A stretch of DNA of 64,000 nucleotides, taken from an uncultured delta proteobacterium (lineage in GTDB: Bacteria; Myxococcota_A; Polyangia; Polyangiales; Polyangiaceae). The stretch spans positions 1,383,783 through 1,447,782 of the forward strand of contig CAVOKF010000007.1 of NCBI GenBank assembly GCA_963696385.1, given 5' to 3'. The notes beneath the pieces were generated by a model. The model worked only from the letters and a program-made list of their open reading frames with translations, was not told the origin of the DNA and did no database searches. This document shows positions 42,413 through 52,213 of the stretch, one piece after another. The first letter of the stretch is position 1. The number at the start of each line of letters is the position of its first letter. Position numbers and translations under genes: made by a program.

Positions 42413-43726
42413 ATGTTCCAAAGGCGGGTGCGGGTGATCACGGCCGCGATCTGGGTCGTTGCCGCCTTGGATGAATGCGGAGGACGAGTCGAGCCGAATG
42501 GCGGCACGTCGGCGTCGGAGTTGGAAGGCGGCGTGCTCGGCCAGAGCGTGGCAGTCAGCTCGACCCAAAGCAGTTCGGGCGCCACCGAGGCCGGTTCAAG
42601 CGGTTCCTCGGTCACGATCGTTTCAGGCGTAAACGAAGCCAGTTCAAGCGCTTCCAGTTCGAGCGCTCTCAGTTTGGGTCCGTCGACTTCGAGTCGTTCC
42701 TCCGGTCCAGCAATCATCCCACCCAGCTGCCAGGTGGGCGGGCCGGGAATGACCGATTGCGGACCCGGGGGAAGCGGCAGCGAGAGCTGCTGCATGAGCT
42801 TGGAGGTGACGGGCGGGACCTATTACCGAACCTACGATGAACCGATCGTGATCGGCACGCCCGACGGCGGTCCGACCCTCGCCGCCGACGGAGGTCCCGC
42901 CGGGTTGGCCGACCCGGCGACGGTGAGTGGACTGCGCCTGGACAAGTATCTCGTGACGGTGGGACGGTTCCGGCAATATGTTAGCTATTTAATGGGCCCT
43001 ACGGGGGCGCCACCCGCGAACGGCAGCGGCATCCATACGCACTTGAGTGGGGGCCTTGGACTGGCCAACAGCGCAAGCTCGGCGACGTACGAGACGGGCT
43101 GGGACGCGGCGGACTGGAACACGCAAATCGGAGCGGGGGCCCGCGCGGCGGGCACATGGAACACGAACCTGGCGTGTGGGGCGCCGGTCTTCCTGTCCAA
43201 CGACACGTGGACGAGCACGGCGGGCGGTCAGGAGAACCTTCCGATCAACTGCGTGACTTGGTATGAGGCGTACGCGTTCTGTATTTGGGACGGGGGCTTT
43301 TTGCCGAGCGAAGCGGAGTGGGAGTACGTGGCGGCGGCGGGAAGCCAGCAGCGTGAGTATCCGTGGGGCTCGACGGATCCGGGGACTGCGAACCAATATG
43401 CGATTTACCAAGACTATTATACGGCCAATCTCACCCACATCGCACCGGCGGGAACGGCGACACTGGGAGCGGGTTACTGGGGTCAACTGGATATGGCGGG
43501 GGAAGTCTGGGAATGGGCCTTGGATTGGTACATGCCCTACGTGAATCCGTGCACAGATTGCGCCTTTGTTCCGATATCCTCCGTACCAGGAAACCCGAAC
43601 CGGGTGATCCGGGGCTGCTCCTGGGGGAACGGTCCGGCAGGCCTCTTGCTGCCCCCTTGGCGCGACCAGATCGACCCGGCGACGCGCAGCGTTTCCACGG
43701 GGTTCCGGTGCGCGAGGACGCCCTGA
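42413..43726 (+). CDS. Exported FGE-sulfatase (SUMF1-like) domain protein
   Basis: LDKYLVTVGRF, PINCVTW, LPSEAEWE, YPWG, DMAGEVWEW, GFRCAR. Confidence 0.92.
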   Translation: MFQRRVRVITAAIWVVAALDECGGRVEPNGGTSASELEGGVLGQSVAVSSTQSSSGATEAGSSGSSVTIVSGVNEASSSASSSSALSLGPSTSSRSSGPAIIPPSCQVGGPGMTDCGPGGSGSESCCMSLEVTGGTYYRTYDEPIVIGTPDGGPTLAADGGPAGLADPATVSGLRLDKYLVTVGRFRQYVSYLMGPTGAPPANGSGIHTHLSGGLGLANSASSATYETGWDAADWNTQIGAGARAAGTWNTNLACGAPVFLSNDTWTSTAGGQENLPINCVTWYEAYAFCIWDGGFLPSEAEWEYVAAAGSQQREYPWGSTDPGTANQYAIYQDYYTANLTHIAPAGTATLGAGYWGQLDMAGEVWEWALDWYMPYVNPCTDCAFVPISSVPGNPNRVIRGCSWGNGPAGLLLPPWRDQIDPATRSVSTGFRCARTP

Positions 43727-44097
43727 ACGCAATCCGCAACTGCCGTGCGGCGAAGCCGTGCTCGGCGACCTCGACGAGTCGGGCAATCTGCGGGTGGGCA
43801 GCGCGCTCACGGCGAAGTACTGACGTTCGGACCGCGGTTGCGCGCGAGCTCTTCGACCGCATCCGGTTGGACGCGGGCTTGCCTTAGCCATCGTATGTCG
43901 GGTCCCACGCGTCGCGCCCGTCTGTTACCGTGGACAACATCGAGCATCTTGGGAGGAAAGGTCGAACGATGATCCGGACAGACACGATGGCCCGCGCGAA
44001 TTGTGGGATCGCCGCGCTCCCCGCAAGGAGCGTTGCGCGCGTTGCTTCGTTGAGGCGATCATCGGCTCGGCATCGGCGCATACCGTGCCGATCGACT

Positions 44098-45237
44098 TTA
44101 CGGGCTGAGGGGCATAGCGGCCGGCAAGACGCACGTGTTGCCCACGCAGGAAGGCGCTATTTCGAGAGGGCAAGCGCACTCGCCAAATGCGATTCCGCTC
44201 GTGGCCTCTTCGTAGCGAGCCTGCTCGGCGGCATTCACGGGAGAACCGCCGCAGGCGCACTCCGAGCTGCAAACCTGTCCCGTAAGGATGACGATGCAGT
44301 CGGTCGCGACGACACACGATTGATCGTAGGTCGACAGATCGATGTCGACGCACAGGCCCCCGTCTGCCGCAGGAGGCGTGGTGGCCGCGTCGGCGCAGCC
44401 CGCAGGCTGAGTGCTTCCGGCCGCGCAAAGCGTGCACTGACCGGCCAGGCAGCGGGCTTCTCCCTGGAAGGCGCACGGGCAGCTCTCCAACTTCAAGGGC
44501 GCCGTATCGGACGCGAAGCGCGCGGCCGCGCCCGCGTTGACGGGCGTATCGCCGCATGAGCACTGGCCTATGCAGACTGCGCCCGAGCGGACGAGCTCAC
44601 AATCTTGATCGCTGCCGCAGGTGAGGTCCGATGGGGCCGGTTCGAAGTCGATGCACTGCGATCCCCCGTCGGTCGTCCCCGCGTCGACGCCCGAATCGGC
44701 GGTTTTGACTCCCGAGTCCCTGTCGCCTGCTTCCTCGACGCTGCCGTCCACGACGCCGCCGTCGGCTCCACCCTCCTTGGCCAATGGGGTGCCGGAGTCG
44801 GAGCAACCCGACGGCTGATTCGTGATGTCCAGCCCGCAAAGCGTGCACTGACCGGCTAGACAACGCGGCTCTCCGTCGAAGGCGCAAGGGCAGCTCTCCA
44901 AGTTCAAGGTCGCCGTATCGGACACGAAGCGCGCGGCCGCGCCCGCGTTGACGGGCGTATCGCCGCAGGCGCATCCGCCTTGGCAGACCTGCCCCGTGCG
45001 CACGACCGTGCAATCCTGGTCTTGCTCACAAACCAAGTCGGCCGCGGTGGCTTCGAAATCAACGCATGCGGCACCGCTGTCGGTCGTGCCGGCCTCGGCG
45101 CCCGAATCGGCGGTTTGGGGTCCCGAGTCCTTGCCGGAGGGCGCTGCTGCGCTGAAAGCGTTGCCCCCACATCCGGCGCCAAGCCACGTCACGAAAAGGA
45201 TGCGAGCGATGCGGTGAAGAGTGGCGGAGAGGGGCAT
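44098..45237 (-). CDS. Lipoprotein with three Cys-rich repeats
   Basis: GAGC lipobox; CxxDQDC...CxCGDTPVN...CPC...RCLAGQC repeats. Confidence 0.88.
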   Translation of the reverse strand: MPLSATLHRIARILFVTWLGAGCGGNAFSAAAPSGKDSGPQTADSGAEAGTTDSGAACVDFEATAADLVCEQDQDCTVVRTGQVCQGGCACGDTPVNAGAAARFVSDTATLNLESCPCAFDGEPRCLAGQCTLCGLDITNQPSGCSDSGTPLAKEGGADGGVVDGSVEEAGDRDSGVKTADSGVDAGTTDGGSQCIDFEPAPSDLTCGSDQDCELVRSGAVCIGQCSCGDTPVNAGAAARFASDTAPLKLESCPCAFQGEARCLAGQCTLCAAGSTQPAGCADAATTPPAADGGLCVDIDLSTYDQSCVVATDCIVILTGQVCSSECACGGSPVNAAEQARYEEATSGIAFGECACPLEIAPSCVGNTCVLPAAMPLSP

Positions 45238-45251
45238 TGCCCGTGAACGGC

Positions 45252-45267
45252 AGCAAGATCAGCGCCA
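45252..45267 (-). promoter_or_regulatory. sigma54 promoter (near-consensus)
   Basis: TGGCGCTGATCTTGCT about 15 bp upstream of ATG 45237. Confidence 0.7.
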
Positions 45268-45274
45268 CAACCTA

Positions 45275-45368
45275 GTACCTCGATTCCGCGGAATGGAAGG
45301 GTCGTTTTCCGCGATATTCCCGACGGGATCGGGTCGTCTCACCCCTCCGTTTCATGGAATCGGGGTAC
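45275..45368. mobile_element. 94-bp MITE of the IS630-B type
   Basis: GTACCTCGATTCCGCGGAATGGAAGGGT...GAATCGGGGTAC between CTAGs; matches the ends of 1956-3150. Confidence 0.85.
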
Positions 45369-45608
45369 TAGAGCTTCAGCGGCGCCTTTAGAGTGATCCA
45401 CTTCTGGCGACCGAAGTGATCCACCCGTCGCCGGGGTCGGGGTGGCGGCAGCGGCGGGATCGTGACCCACCCCTGGCTATCGGAAAGGGCGCGCGTCAGG
45501 GCCGGTGGCTCACCCCGAGGTGCTCGGCCGGGCGAAGGGGGGAACCGCCAAGACGCCGGTAGGACTCGCGAGCGCTCGGGCTCGCGGCTCAGCGTGGGAG
45601 TCCGGCTA

Positions 45609-45923
45609 TCAGAAGGAGTTGTCGTCCGTGGGATCGTGCGCGGGTGGCATTGCCGCTTCGCGGACGGCGTGGCGGTAGCGCCAGAGCGTTTCGCGCAAGG
45701 TGGCGGCCCTGCGGCAGATCGTGTGGGCGAGGAAGACGACAGGGCCTTGGTCGCGTGGCCTATGGAAGTCGTCGATGAGCGTCTGGTGCTCGGCCAAGAG
45801 CGCGTCGGCAGCGAGGTCGAGCGCGTGTTCGAGCAAAATGATGGAGGCGAGCTCCGGCGCGACGACGAGGTCCGGGACGCGGGGCGGAGGCGGAGCGGGT
45901 GGAACGCGGCGCGTGCGCTTCAC
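45609..45923 (-). CDS. Small accessory protein coupled to istB
   Basis: GTGA overlap with the istB stop; helical ORF. Confidence 0.6.
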   Translation of the reverse strand: MKRTRRVPPAPPPPRVPDLVVAPELASIILLEHALDLAADALLAEHQTLIDDFHRPRDQGPVVFLAHTICRRAATLRETLWRYRHAVREAAMPPAHDPTDDNSF

Positions 45924-46783
45924 GGCGCCGTCGCCCGAGTGGGTGCGACCGGCTTGCCGGCACGCTCGGCAGCGACGTGCTGGCGGTAGCTCGGTCCGTC
46001 GATGTCGATACGAATGGCATGCATGGCGAGCCGATCGAGAATGGCGGCGGCGACGGTCGCGTCTCCCAGGTAGCGTCCCCACTGGCGCAAATCGATATTG
46101 GAGGTGACCGCGGTCGAGAGCTTGCCGTGCCTGCGATCGACGAGGTTGAAGAGAGTATGGGCGGCGGTGGGCTCGTCGTCGCGCTGGCGCACCTGCCCCA
46201 GGCCGACGTCGTCGATGACGAGCAGGTCGGGTCGTGCCCAGGCCTTCAGGCGTCGGGGGTAGGTGCCGTCGGCGAGGCCGGCGTGCAGATCGGCGAGCAG
46301 GTCGACGCACCGCGCGTAGCGCAGGGAGATGCCCTGCACGCAGGCGCGCAGGGAGAGGGCCTTGAGGATGTGACTCTTGCCGGTGCCGCTCTTTCCCGTG
46401 ATGACCAGGTCGTCGTGGCGCCCGACGAAGTCGAGGCGGGCGAGCTCCAGCACGAGGCTCTTGTCGATCGAGGGTTGAAAGTCCCAGTCGAAGGCCTCGA
46501 GTGTCTTTTGCTCGACCAGGCCGCTGACCCGGATACGCCGGTCCAGGCGTGCGGCCGACTTGTGATCGACCTCAGCGGCCAGGACGTGCTCGAGCAGGGC
46601 GGTGTGTCCGGGTCGCTCGCGGGTGGCCCACGCGAGCCAGTCGTCGAGCGTGGAGAGCGTATGGGAGAGGCCCAAGTAGCCGAGGTGCCGGCGCAGGCGC
46701 TCGATCACCACGACGGCCTCGTCAGAGGCCGGGCCGGTCACCCGGTCATTGGAGTCTGGTTTATCCGTTTTGGTCTTGGCCAT
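45920..46783 (-). CDS. istB: IstB AAA+ helper ATPase
   Basis: LEAFDWDFQP, GKSGTGKS, LVIDDVG, TSN, ILDRL, GPSYR. Confidence 0.93.
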   Translation of the reverse strand: MAKTKTDKPDSNDRVTGPASDEAVVVIERLRRHLGYLGLSHTLSTLDDWLAWATRERPGHTALLEHVLAAEVDHKSAARLDRRIRVSGLVEQKTLEAFDWDFQPSIDKSLVLELARLDFVGRHDDLVITGKSGTGKSHILKALSLRACVQGISLRYARCVDLLADLHAGLADGTYPRRLKAWARPDLLVIDDVGLGQVRQRDDEPTAAHTLFNLVDRRHGKLSTAVTSNIDLRQWGRYLGDATVAAAILDRLAMHAIRIDIDGPSYRQHVAAERAGKPVAPTRATAP

Positions 46784-48336
46784 CGGCGGTCTCCACGGGG
46801 CGGCGGGTGGCGAGCGGCAGAGCGTCGTACTCGGCCAGATCGCGGGGGCGTGTGACGACGGGACCGAGCGCGTCATCGATGCGCTTGGCGGTGTCTTCGG
46901 CGACGTACTCGTCGAGGGTCCGGGGCGGAGCGCGTTGGGCAAGGATGCGTTCGACAGAGGCCGCGTCGAGCGCGCCGAACCGAACGGCGTGCGCGAGGGC
47001 GGCGTCGACGTCGGCGCTGTCGTAGCGGGCACGCAAGACCAGGATCTGCCGGGCGTGGTGGGTCCAGACACGGGTCACGTGGGCGCCCGAGAGCTGGAGC
47101 AGGAACGCGGCGGCCCCGTCGCCCATCTGCTCGAAGGTGGCGCGCAGCTTGTCGACGTCGATGGGCGACCGGCTCTCTGGGCGAGGATGCAGCCCGAGCG
47201 GGTCGATCTTGTCGCCGCGTCCGCGCGGTCGCAGCTCATAGCGCGCCAGGCAAGCGAGATTCGGCCCGTAGACGAACAGCTCCGTCTGCGTGATGCGCAG
47301 CGGCAGGAAGTCGGTCACATGGTCGTACGGCACGGCGTAGCGGTTACCGAGCCATTCGACGTACCCGTCGATGCTGCAGAGTCGATACGTGACCCGGGCG
47401 GTGTCGTACGGATGCTTGGGCAGCGGCCGCAGGTGAGGCGCCTCGTCGCGAAACCAATCGAGGGCGGACAGCCCGTGACGCTTGCGCGGGTCGACGACGC
47501 GAACGAGCCAGTCGGCGAGCTGCGCGGCGAAGTCGTCGCGATCGCGGAAATGAGCGGCCGTTGAGAAACGACCGCTCGTGCTCCCAGAAGCTGCGCTCGA
47601 CGCGCGGCTTGGCGTTGGGTTTTCCTCGCACGGCGGCGGGCTGAATGCCGTAGTGCGCGGCAAAGGCGAGATACCGAGGATTGTAGATGGGCTGGTGGCC
47701 TTCCCACCGGAGCACGACGGGCTTTTGGCTGTCGTACTTGCAGCCCGCGGCGCAGCCGCCGAAGCGCGCGAAGGCGCGCTCGTGGCCGTCCATGAGCGCG
47801 AACAAGTCCGGCGAGCCGAAGACGTCGAAGGACTTGCGCTTCGAATAGACCAGGACGTACGAGAACAGCTGCACAGTCTCGGAGAGGCCGGTCGTATACG
47901 TGAGCGTGTAGGGCGACCAATCGTTTTCGGCCATCTCACCCGGTCCGAACACCGGAGCTTCGAGGCTCGGCGTCGGCTTGGCCGCTGGCCGCACGCGCCG
48001 CATCTGCTTCTTGACGGCGGTGTAGCCGCCTTGGAATCCCTCGTCCTTGAGGATCTCCAGCACGCGCTGCGCGGTGATGTCCGGGTAGCGCGCGAGCAAC
48101 TCGCTCACGCGACCCTGGTAGGCGTCGATCTTGCGGGAACGCGGCGCGCGCACGGGCGCAGCGGCCAGCGCGGCGTGCCCGTCGTCGCGCTCGCGACCGT
48201 GGGTCCGAAGGATCTTCTTGATCGTGTTCCGACTGACCCCCAGCGCCCGCGTGATGGCGCGCCGGCTCATCCCCTGGGCCGTCAACACGACGACCTGGTG
48301 GATCAACTCCTCGCGAGAGCGCCAGTGCGCCGTCAT
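46761..48336 (-). CDS. istA: IstA transposase, frameshift near 47550
   Basis: HTH N-terminus, GGYTAVK, ENDWS, YDSQK, KPRVER, C-terminal DGYV..NRYAVP. Confidence 0.88.
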
Positions 48337-49223
48337 GGGACGCCCGCTCTCTCGGTCACGGAGGTGATCGTTTTCATCAGGCCGCCCAGCACGCCATGGA
48401 GGTTGCTGAGATCGGGGCCAACGATGTCCGCGGCGGGTCCCAACGCGGCGAGCGGCATCCCGGCCAAACAGGCTTGAAGTCGCCCCGCGCTCCGTCGAAT
48501 GGTCGCCACGTCGAGCGCGATCGTCTCGGCGATGCTCCTTGCCATGCGTGGGCGGCCGCGGCGCGCAGGCCGACCCCCGTCGCGCCAGCGCGCCAGCACC
48601 GCCTCATGCCCCGGCCCCGAGTCGTCCGCGAGCTCGCGCACCAAGAGGGCCGTCTGCCGCACGGTGAGCCCGCGACGGATGACGACCGCGGAGACCGCCG
48701 GCTGGTTGCCACGTGGCAACGCGCCGACGAGGATCGCTGCCCGCGGCGCGAGCAGCCCGAGTCGAACGTCGGCTTGGACCGACGAATCGAGCGCTTCGAC
48801 CAGCATCAGGCGGCGACAGACCCAGCTCTTGTGGCAACGAAGCAGCGCAGCGATCGCCCCTTGCGTCACGTGATGCTCTCGATGCAGGGCGCGCACGATC
48901 CACGCCTCCTCGAGCGCGGTGAGCCCGCGGCCAGCGTGCAGCTCGCGCATCTGCACGGTGGCATCGACGGCGCCAAGGTCGGTGACGACGGCGCGCAGAT
49001 CGCGAAGGCCCAGCCCTCGCGCGGCGCGTAGCCGCTTGAAGCCGTCGAAGATCTCGACGGCGCCATCCCGCTCGAACGCGCGCACGGCGGAGAGCTGGCC
49101 GTGCTGCTTGAGCGACGCGCGCATGGCGGCCAGCGCGCAGGCGTCGGCGAGGCGCAGCCGCGACAGGCCCTCGCCGAGATCGGCGACGGCGACGAGGCGC
49201 TCGGCTTGAGCAGCGGCGGTCAC
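48333..49223 (-). CDS. ParB/Srx N-domain plus HTH protein
   Basis: SLKQHGQL, IFDGFKRLRAA, LTALEEA, TQGAIAALL..KSWVCRRL; overlaps the istA start. Confidence 0.85.
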   Translation of the reverse strand: MTAAAQAERLVAVADLGEGLSRLRLADACALAAMRASLKQHGQLSAVRAFERDGAVEIFDGFKRLRAARGLGLRDLRAVVTDLGAVDATVQMRELHAGRGLTALEEAWIVRALHREHHVTQGAIAALLRCHKSWVCRRLMLVEALDSSVQADVRLGLLAPRAAILVGALPRGNQPAVSAVVIRRGLTVRQTALLVRELADDSGPGHEAVLARWRDGGRPARRGRPRMARSIAETIALDVATIRRSAGRLQACLAGMPLAALGPAADIVGPDLSNLHGVLGGLMKTITSVTERAGVP

Positions 49224-49246
49224 GGCCGCGAATCCACCACGACTCG

Positions 49247-49717
49247 TCACCCGGCACGAGACCGGCCCGTGACGCTGTCCAGGTCCAGGCCCGATCGGCA
49301 GCCGTTTTCCCCAGCTTCCAGCGCGCAGGGTAGCTCGTGACATAGGCCCGCTCTGTCCACTTTGGCGGGCCCAAAAGGGCCGATTTTCCGCAGAATTCGC
49401 CCCAGATCGCGGCGGAGGGTAGCTCGTGACAGGCTCGCGGCCTTGTCCACGATCTGCTGTACTTTACGCAATAAATCCACGCTGTTGCCGTCCGAGGGTA
49501 GCTCGTGACATCCGGCTGCCTTGGCGCCGTCCCGGCGCCTTTGCTGGCGTGCGCGCTCGTCGGCCCGCTGCTCGTCCAGGTCGTTGCGCCGCCTCCGGCG
49601 CGCCTGACGGTTGCGGCGCTGGCCGCGGCACCCCTCTCCGCACACAACTTGGTGATCGAGCGCGCTCACGGCAGGTGTGAACCACTTCCGGCACTCGCTG
49701 CATCGACGCCTGGACAT
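49247..49717 (-). CDS. Small Zn-ribbon / Arg-rich protein
   Basis: CSEC...CGEGC then an Arg-rich helix. Confidence 0.6.
   Translation of the reverse strand: MSRRRCSECRKWFTPAVSALDHQVVCGEGCRGQRRNRQARRRRRNDLDEQRADERARQQRRRDGAKAAGCHELPSDGNSVDLLRKVQQIVDKAASLSRATLRRDLGRILRKIGPFGPAKVDRAGLCHELPCALEAGENGCRSGLDLDSVTGRSRAG
49327..49510 (+). repeat. 3x perfect 16-bp AGGGTAGCTCGTGACA
   Basis: At 49327, 49416 and 49495. Confidence 0.9.
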
Positions 49718-50069
49718 CGACGCCAGCGTCCGGCGAGACGCCCTCGATCGCGCATTCCACGGCGCCCCCCTGGATCACGATCCCGCCGCCCGCGGGCACC
49801 CCTTCAGGCCGGGCCGTGGATCACGATCCCGCCGTGCAGTGGATCACGACGAGGGCGCCGCTGAAGTACTAGAGCGTCGGGAAAGAGCCTTTGAATCGTG
49901 GGTTCCCCCGCCGATGGCACAGTCGAAGTGGCGCAACATGGGCGCAACTGTCGCGGGGCTCGCCCCGTTGTTCCGTTCCGCGCGTCGTGTCGAGTGCGAC
50001 GGTTTCCCACTCGCGTCGAGCGCTGTCCAAGCGGGAGCCGAGGTGATCACCCTTGCGCGCCGGGAACTT

Positions 50070-50300
50070 TTACCGTCGAAAGCGCCCGGGGGAAAAATGC
50101 CCTCGTCGACCCTCGTGAGCCCAAGCAGCAGCCGCCCAATGCCTGCCGGGCCGCTCGAGCTCCCAGCGCCCTCCGTACCACACGCGACCGCGCGGTCCCC
50201 ATGCCCAGTAGCCGGGGATCCAAAAGTGATTCGGGGACGGGCGAAGAGGGGCGACTTCCAGCCGGCGAGGGCCCCGGGGCCAGTAAGCGCCCGGGGCTAC
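50070..50300 (-). pseudogene. YXWGXW-repeat protein fragment
   Basis: FWIPGYWAW...WYGGRW; 5' part replaced by module M8. Confidence 0.7.
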
Positions 50301-50398
50301 TCGACAAGTGCGTCGGTCGACGAAGAGCCGCGGAAGCGGGCGCGGAAACATATCGCGTCTTAGGGGCGTTCGTTATCGCTGAATCGGCGAACGATTTG
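50300..50398 (-). repeat. Module M8 (ori end eroded)
   Basis: GTCGACGAAGAGCCGCGG..ACATATCGCGTCTTAGGGGCGTTCG..GAACGATTTG. Confidence 0.75.
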
Positions 50399-50737
50399 GC
50401 TCACTCCGGGTGCTCGCCGTGACCACCGAGCGCGAACCCGTCCGCCGATCCGTGGCCATCTGGCCTACCGACCGAAGCATCGCCCGTTGCCCGGGCGCGC
50501 GATCCGACCGGCGATGCAGACCTCGTCGAACTGAACGACCGTCGTCCACGCACGCGAAGATGCCCCATGCCGCTTCGGCACGCCATAACGTCTCTTCGTG
50601 CAGCGCTTACTCCGCGGATGCATCCGATGATTCCGGCTCGCAACCTACGGTGTCCTGTGCCACGAGAGCGCACCGCCATTCACCCGCACCCGCACAACTG
50701 CACATGTAATATTGTCGTGGCCATTGTAGTGGCCCTT
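50352..50737 (+). repeat. 386-bp direct repeat, copy 1 (includes a degenerate IS91 tail at about 50404-50535)
   Basis: Identical to 52214-52599. Confidence 0.95.
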
Positions 50738-52213
50738 CATAAGTTGGTACTTAGGGATTCGGGATGGCGCTCGCTACCACACAAGTGCGAGTGGCTCGAG
50801 GCCCATAGCGAGACGTCCGCGCTTTCGATCGCGAGCAGGATGAGCGCGGCGCGCGTTGGAATCGAGGAACTTGAGCGTTTCGGCGAGGGCACGACGTAGT
50901 TGGCGCGGCGAGTCGAGAAGGCCGCGGAGGACATCGTCGAAGTAATGCTTGCCGGACGCGGCGGCTCGCTGGGTCGAAAGCTCCACCCCCAGCGACGCTT
51001 CCGCGAAGTGTGCGAGCGAGCGTTTCAGAAGGGCTGCGAGCAGGCTCGCCCATATCATCGCTTTCGCGATAGCGGCCTTGCCCGTATCGAAGGCATGAAG
51101 GTTGGCGTGGGATTTGAACTCTTTGAACAGGAGTTCCACCTGCCAGCGGAGGCGATACAAGCCGGCCACGTCGGCGGCGGAGAAGCGCTTGCGAGCGAGG
51201 TTGCAGTGCAGGTACACGAACGTCTTCGCGTTGCGCTTGCCGCGCTTGTAGATCGCCACAATTCGCCCGCGATACACGAATGAATTCGCCTGCCATTCGA
51301 TGTCGAGATCGACCGTCTGGGCCGGAAGCAGGTCCCAGTTCAACTTCTGGCCGAGCAACTTGGGGATGGATTTGCCGGCGCTGTCGAAAGCGGCCCGAAT
51401 GGTGGGTCGAATGTTTTTGGTTCCGCGGACGATGAAGGCGCCGCCCGCTTGGTCGACGTCGAAAAAGAATTTTCGCTCCTCGTACCCTCGGTCGGCCAGA
51501 AAGAGCCGCTCGCGAAGACTCGCGGCCTCGGGACGGTAGGTTCGCTCGGTCTCCTTGTCGGCCGTAAGGGCGACGATGCGCACATCGTCTTGGAGCAGAC
51601 TCATCGTGACGTGCAGTTCCACGGCGGCAGGCGAGATTTTTGTAAAGCGGCCCGGCCATGTGCCTTTCAAGTCGTCCTTGAGCGCGAACGACGTCCCGTC
51701 GTGAATGACGATGTCCCGAAAGGTCGACAGTTTGGGGGACACGGCGTGCAGAACCGGCTGGCTCATCTTCTGTACCGTCGCTTCCAGCAGCATCCGAAAC
51801 ATCTCTGGAAAGGACGCTTGCGCGAGCCGGTTGTGAAAGGGCTTATATCGCAGCGAAAGGCCCGCGAATTTCCGGAACGTCCGCAGAATATCGGCCAACC
51901 ACTTGGCGTGGCCCGACCCGAGCGTCGACAGCACCGCCACGACCATCGCCAGCGGCATCACCTTGCGCACTCGCCGTAGCCAGCCGCTACGTCTCGCGAT
52001 CGCGGTCACCTGCTCCTCGCCGAGTACTTCCGTAAGCCGTTTCGCATACACGCCGACTCCGGCGCGTGTACTGTTTGATCCGTGCATCGGGGGTCTCCTT
52101 TCGCGTTGTCTCACAACAGCGTCTAGAGAATCCCCGATGCCTTTGACTATCCAATTCGTGCACTATGCACGTAAGTGATCGAGATCACTCGGGAAATAAA
52201 GATCCTACCTATG
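50738..52213 (-). mobile_element. IS4-family element copy 3
   Basis: Same IRs and length; flanked by the 386-bp repeat instead of a 10-bp TSD. Confidence 0.95.
50774..52087 (-). CDS. IS4 transposase
   Basis: 2 aa differences from copies 1 and 2. Confidence 0.95.
   Translation of the reverse strand: MHGSNSTRAGVGVYAKRLTEVLGEEQVTAIARRSGWLRRVRKVMPLAMVVAVLSTLGSGHAKWLADILRTFRKFAGLSLRYKPFHNRLAQASFPEMFRMLLEATVQKMSQPVLHAVSPKLSTFRDIVIHDGTSFALKDDLKGTWPGRFTKISPAAVELHVTMSLLQDDVRIVALTADKETERTYRPEAASLRERLFLADRGYEERKFFFDVDQAGGAFIVRGTKNIRPTIRAAFDSAGKSIPKLLGQKLNWDLLPAQTVDLDIEWQANSFVYRGRIVAIYKRGKRNAKTFVYLHCNLARKRFSAADVAGLYRLRWQVELLFKEFKSHANLHAFDTGKAAIAKAMIWASLLAALLKRSLAHFAEASLGVELSTQRAAASGKHYFDDVLRGLLDSPRQLRRALAETLKFLDSNARRAHPARDRKRGRLAMGLEPLALVW

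Larger units (their letters stand above)
45374..49866 (-). mobile_element. IS21-like transposon with 3 accessory genes
   Basis: IRs CTTCAGCGGCGCC / GGCGCCGCTGAAG; TSD TACTAGAG; subterminal GTGATCCAC repeats. Confidence 0.9.

Noticed and set aside
42413..43726. FGE/CLec-fold gene as a diversity-generating retroelement target
   Set aside because: No reverse transcriptase and no template repeat of its 3' end in the window
49327..49510. Mini CRISPR array
   Set aside because: 16-bp repeats, unequal 63-73 bp spacers, no cas genes
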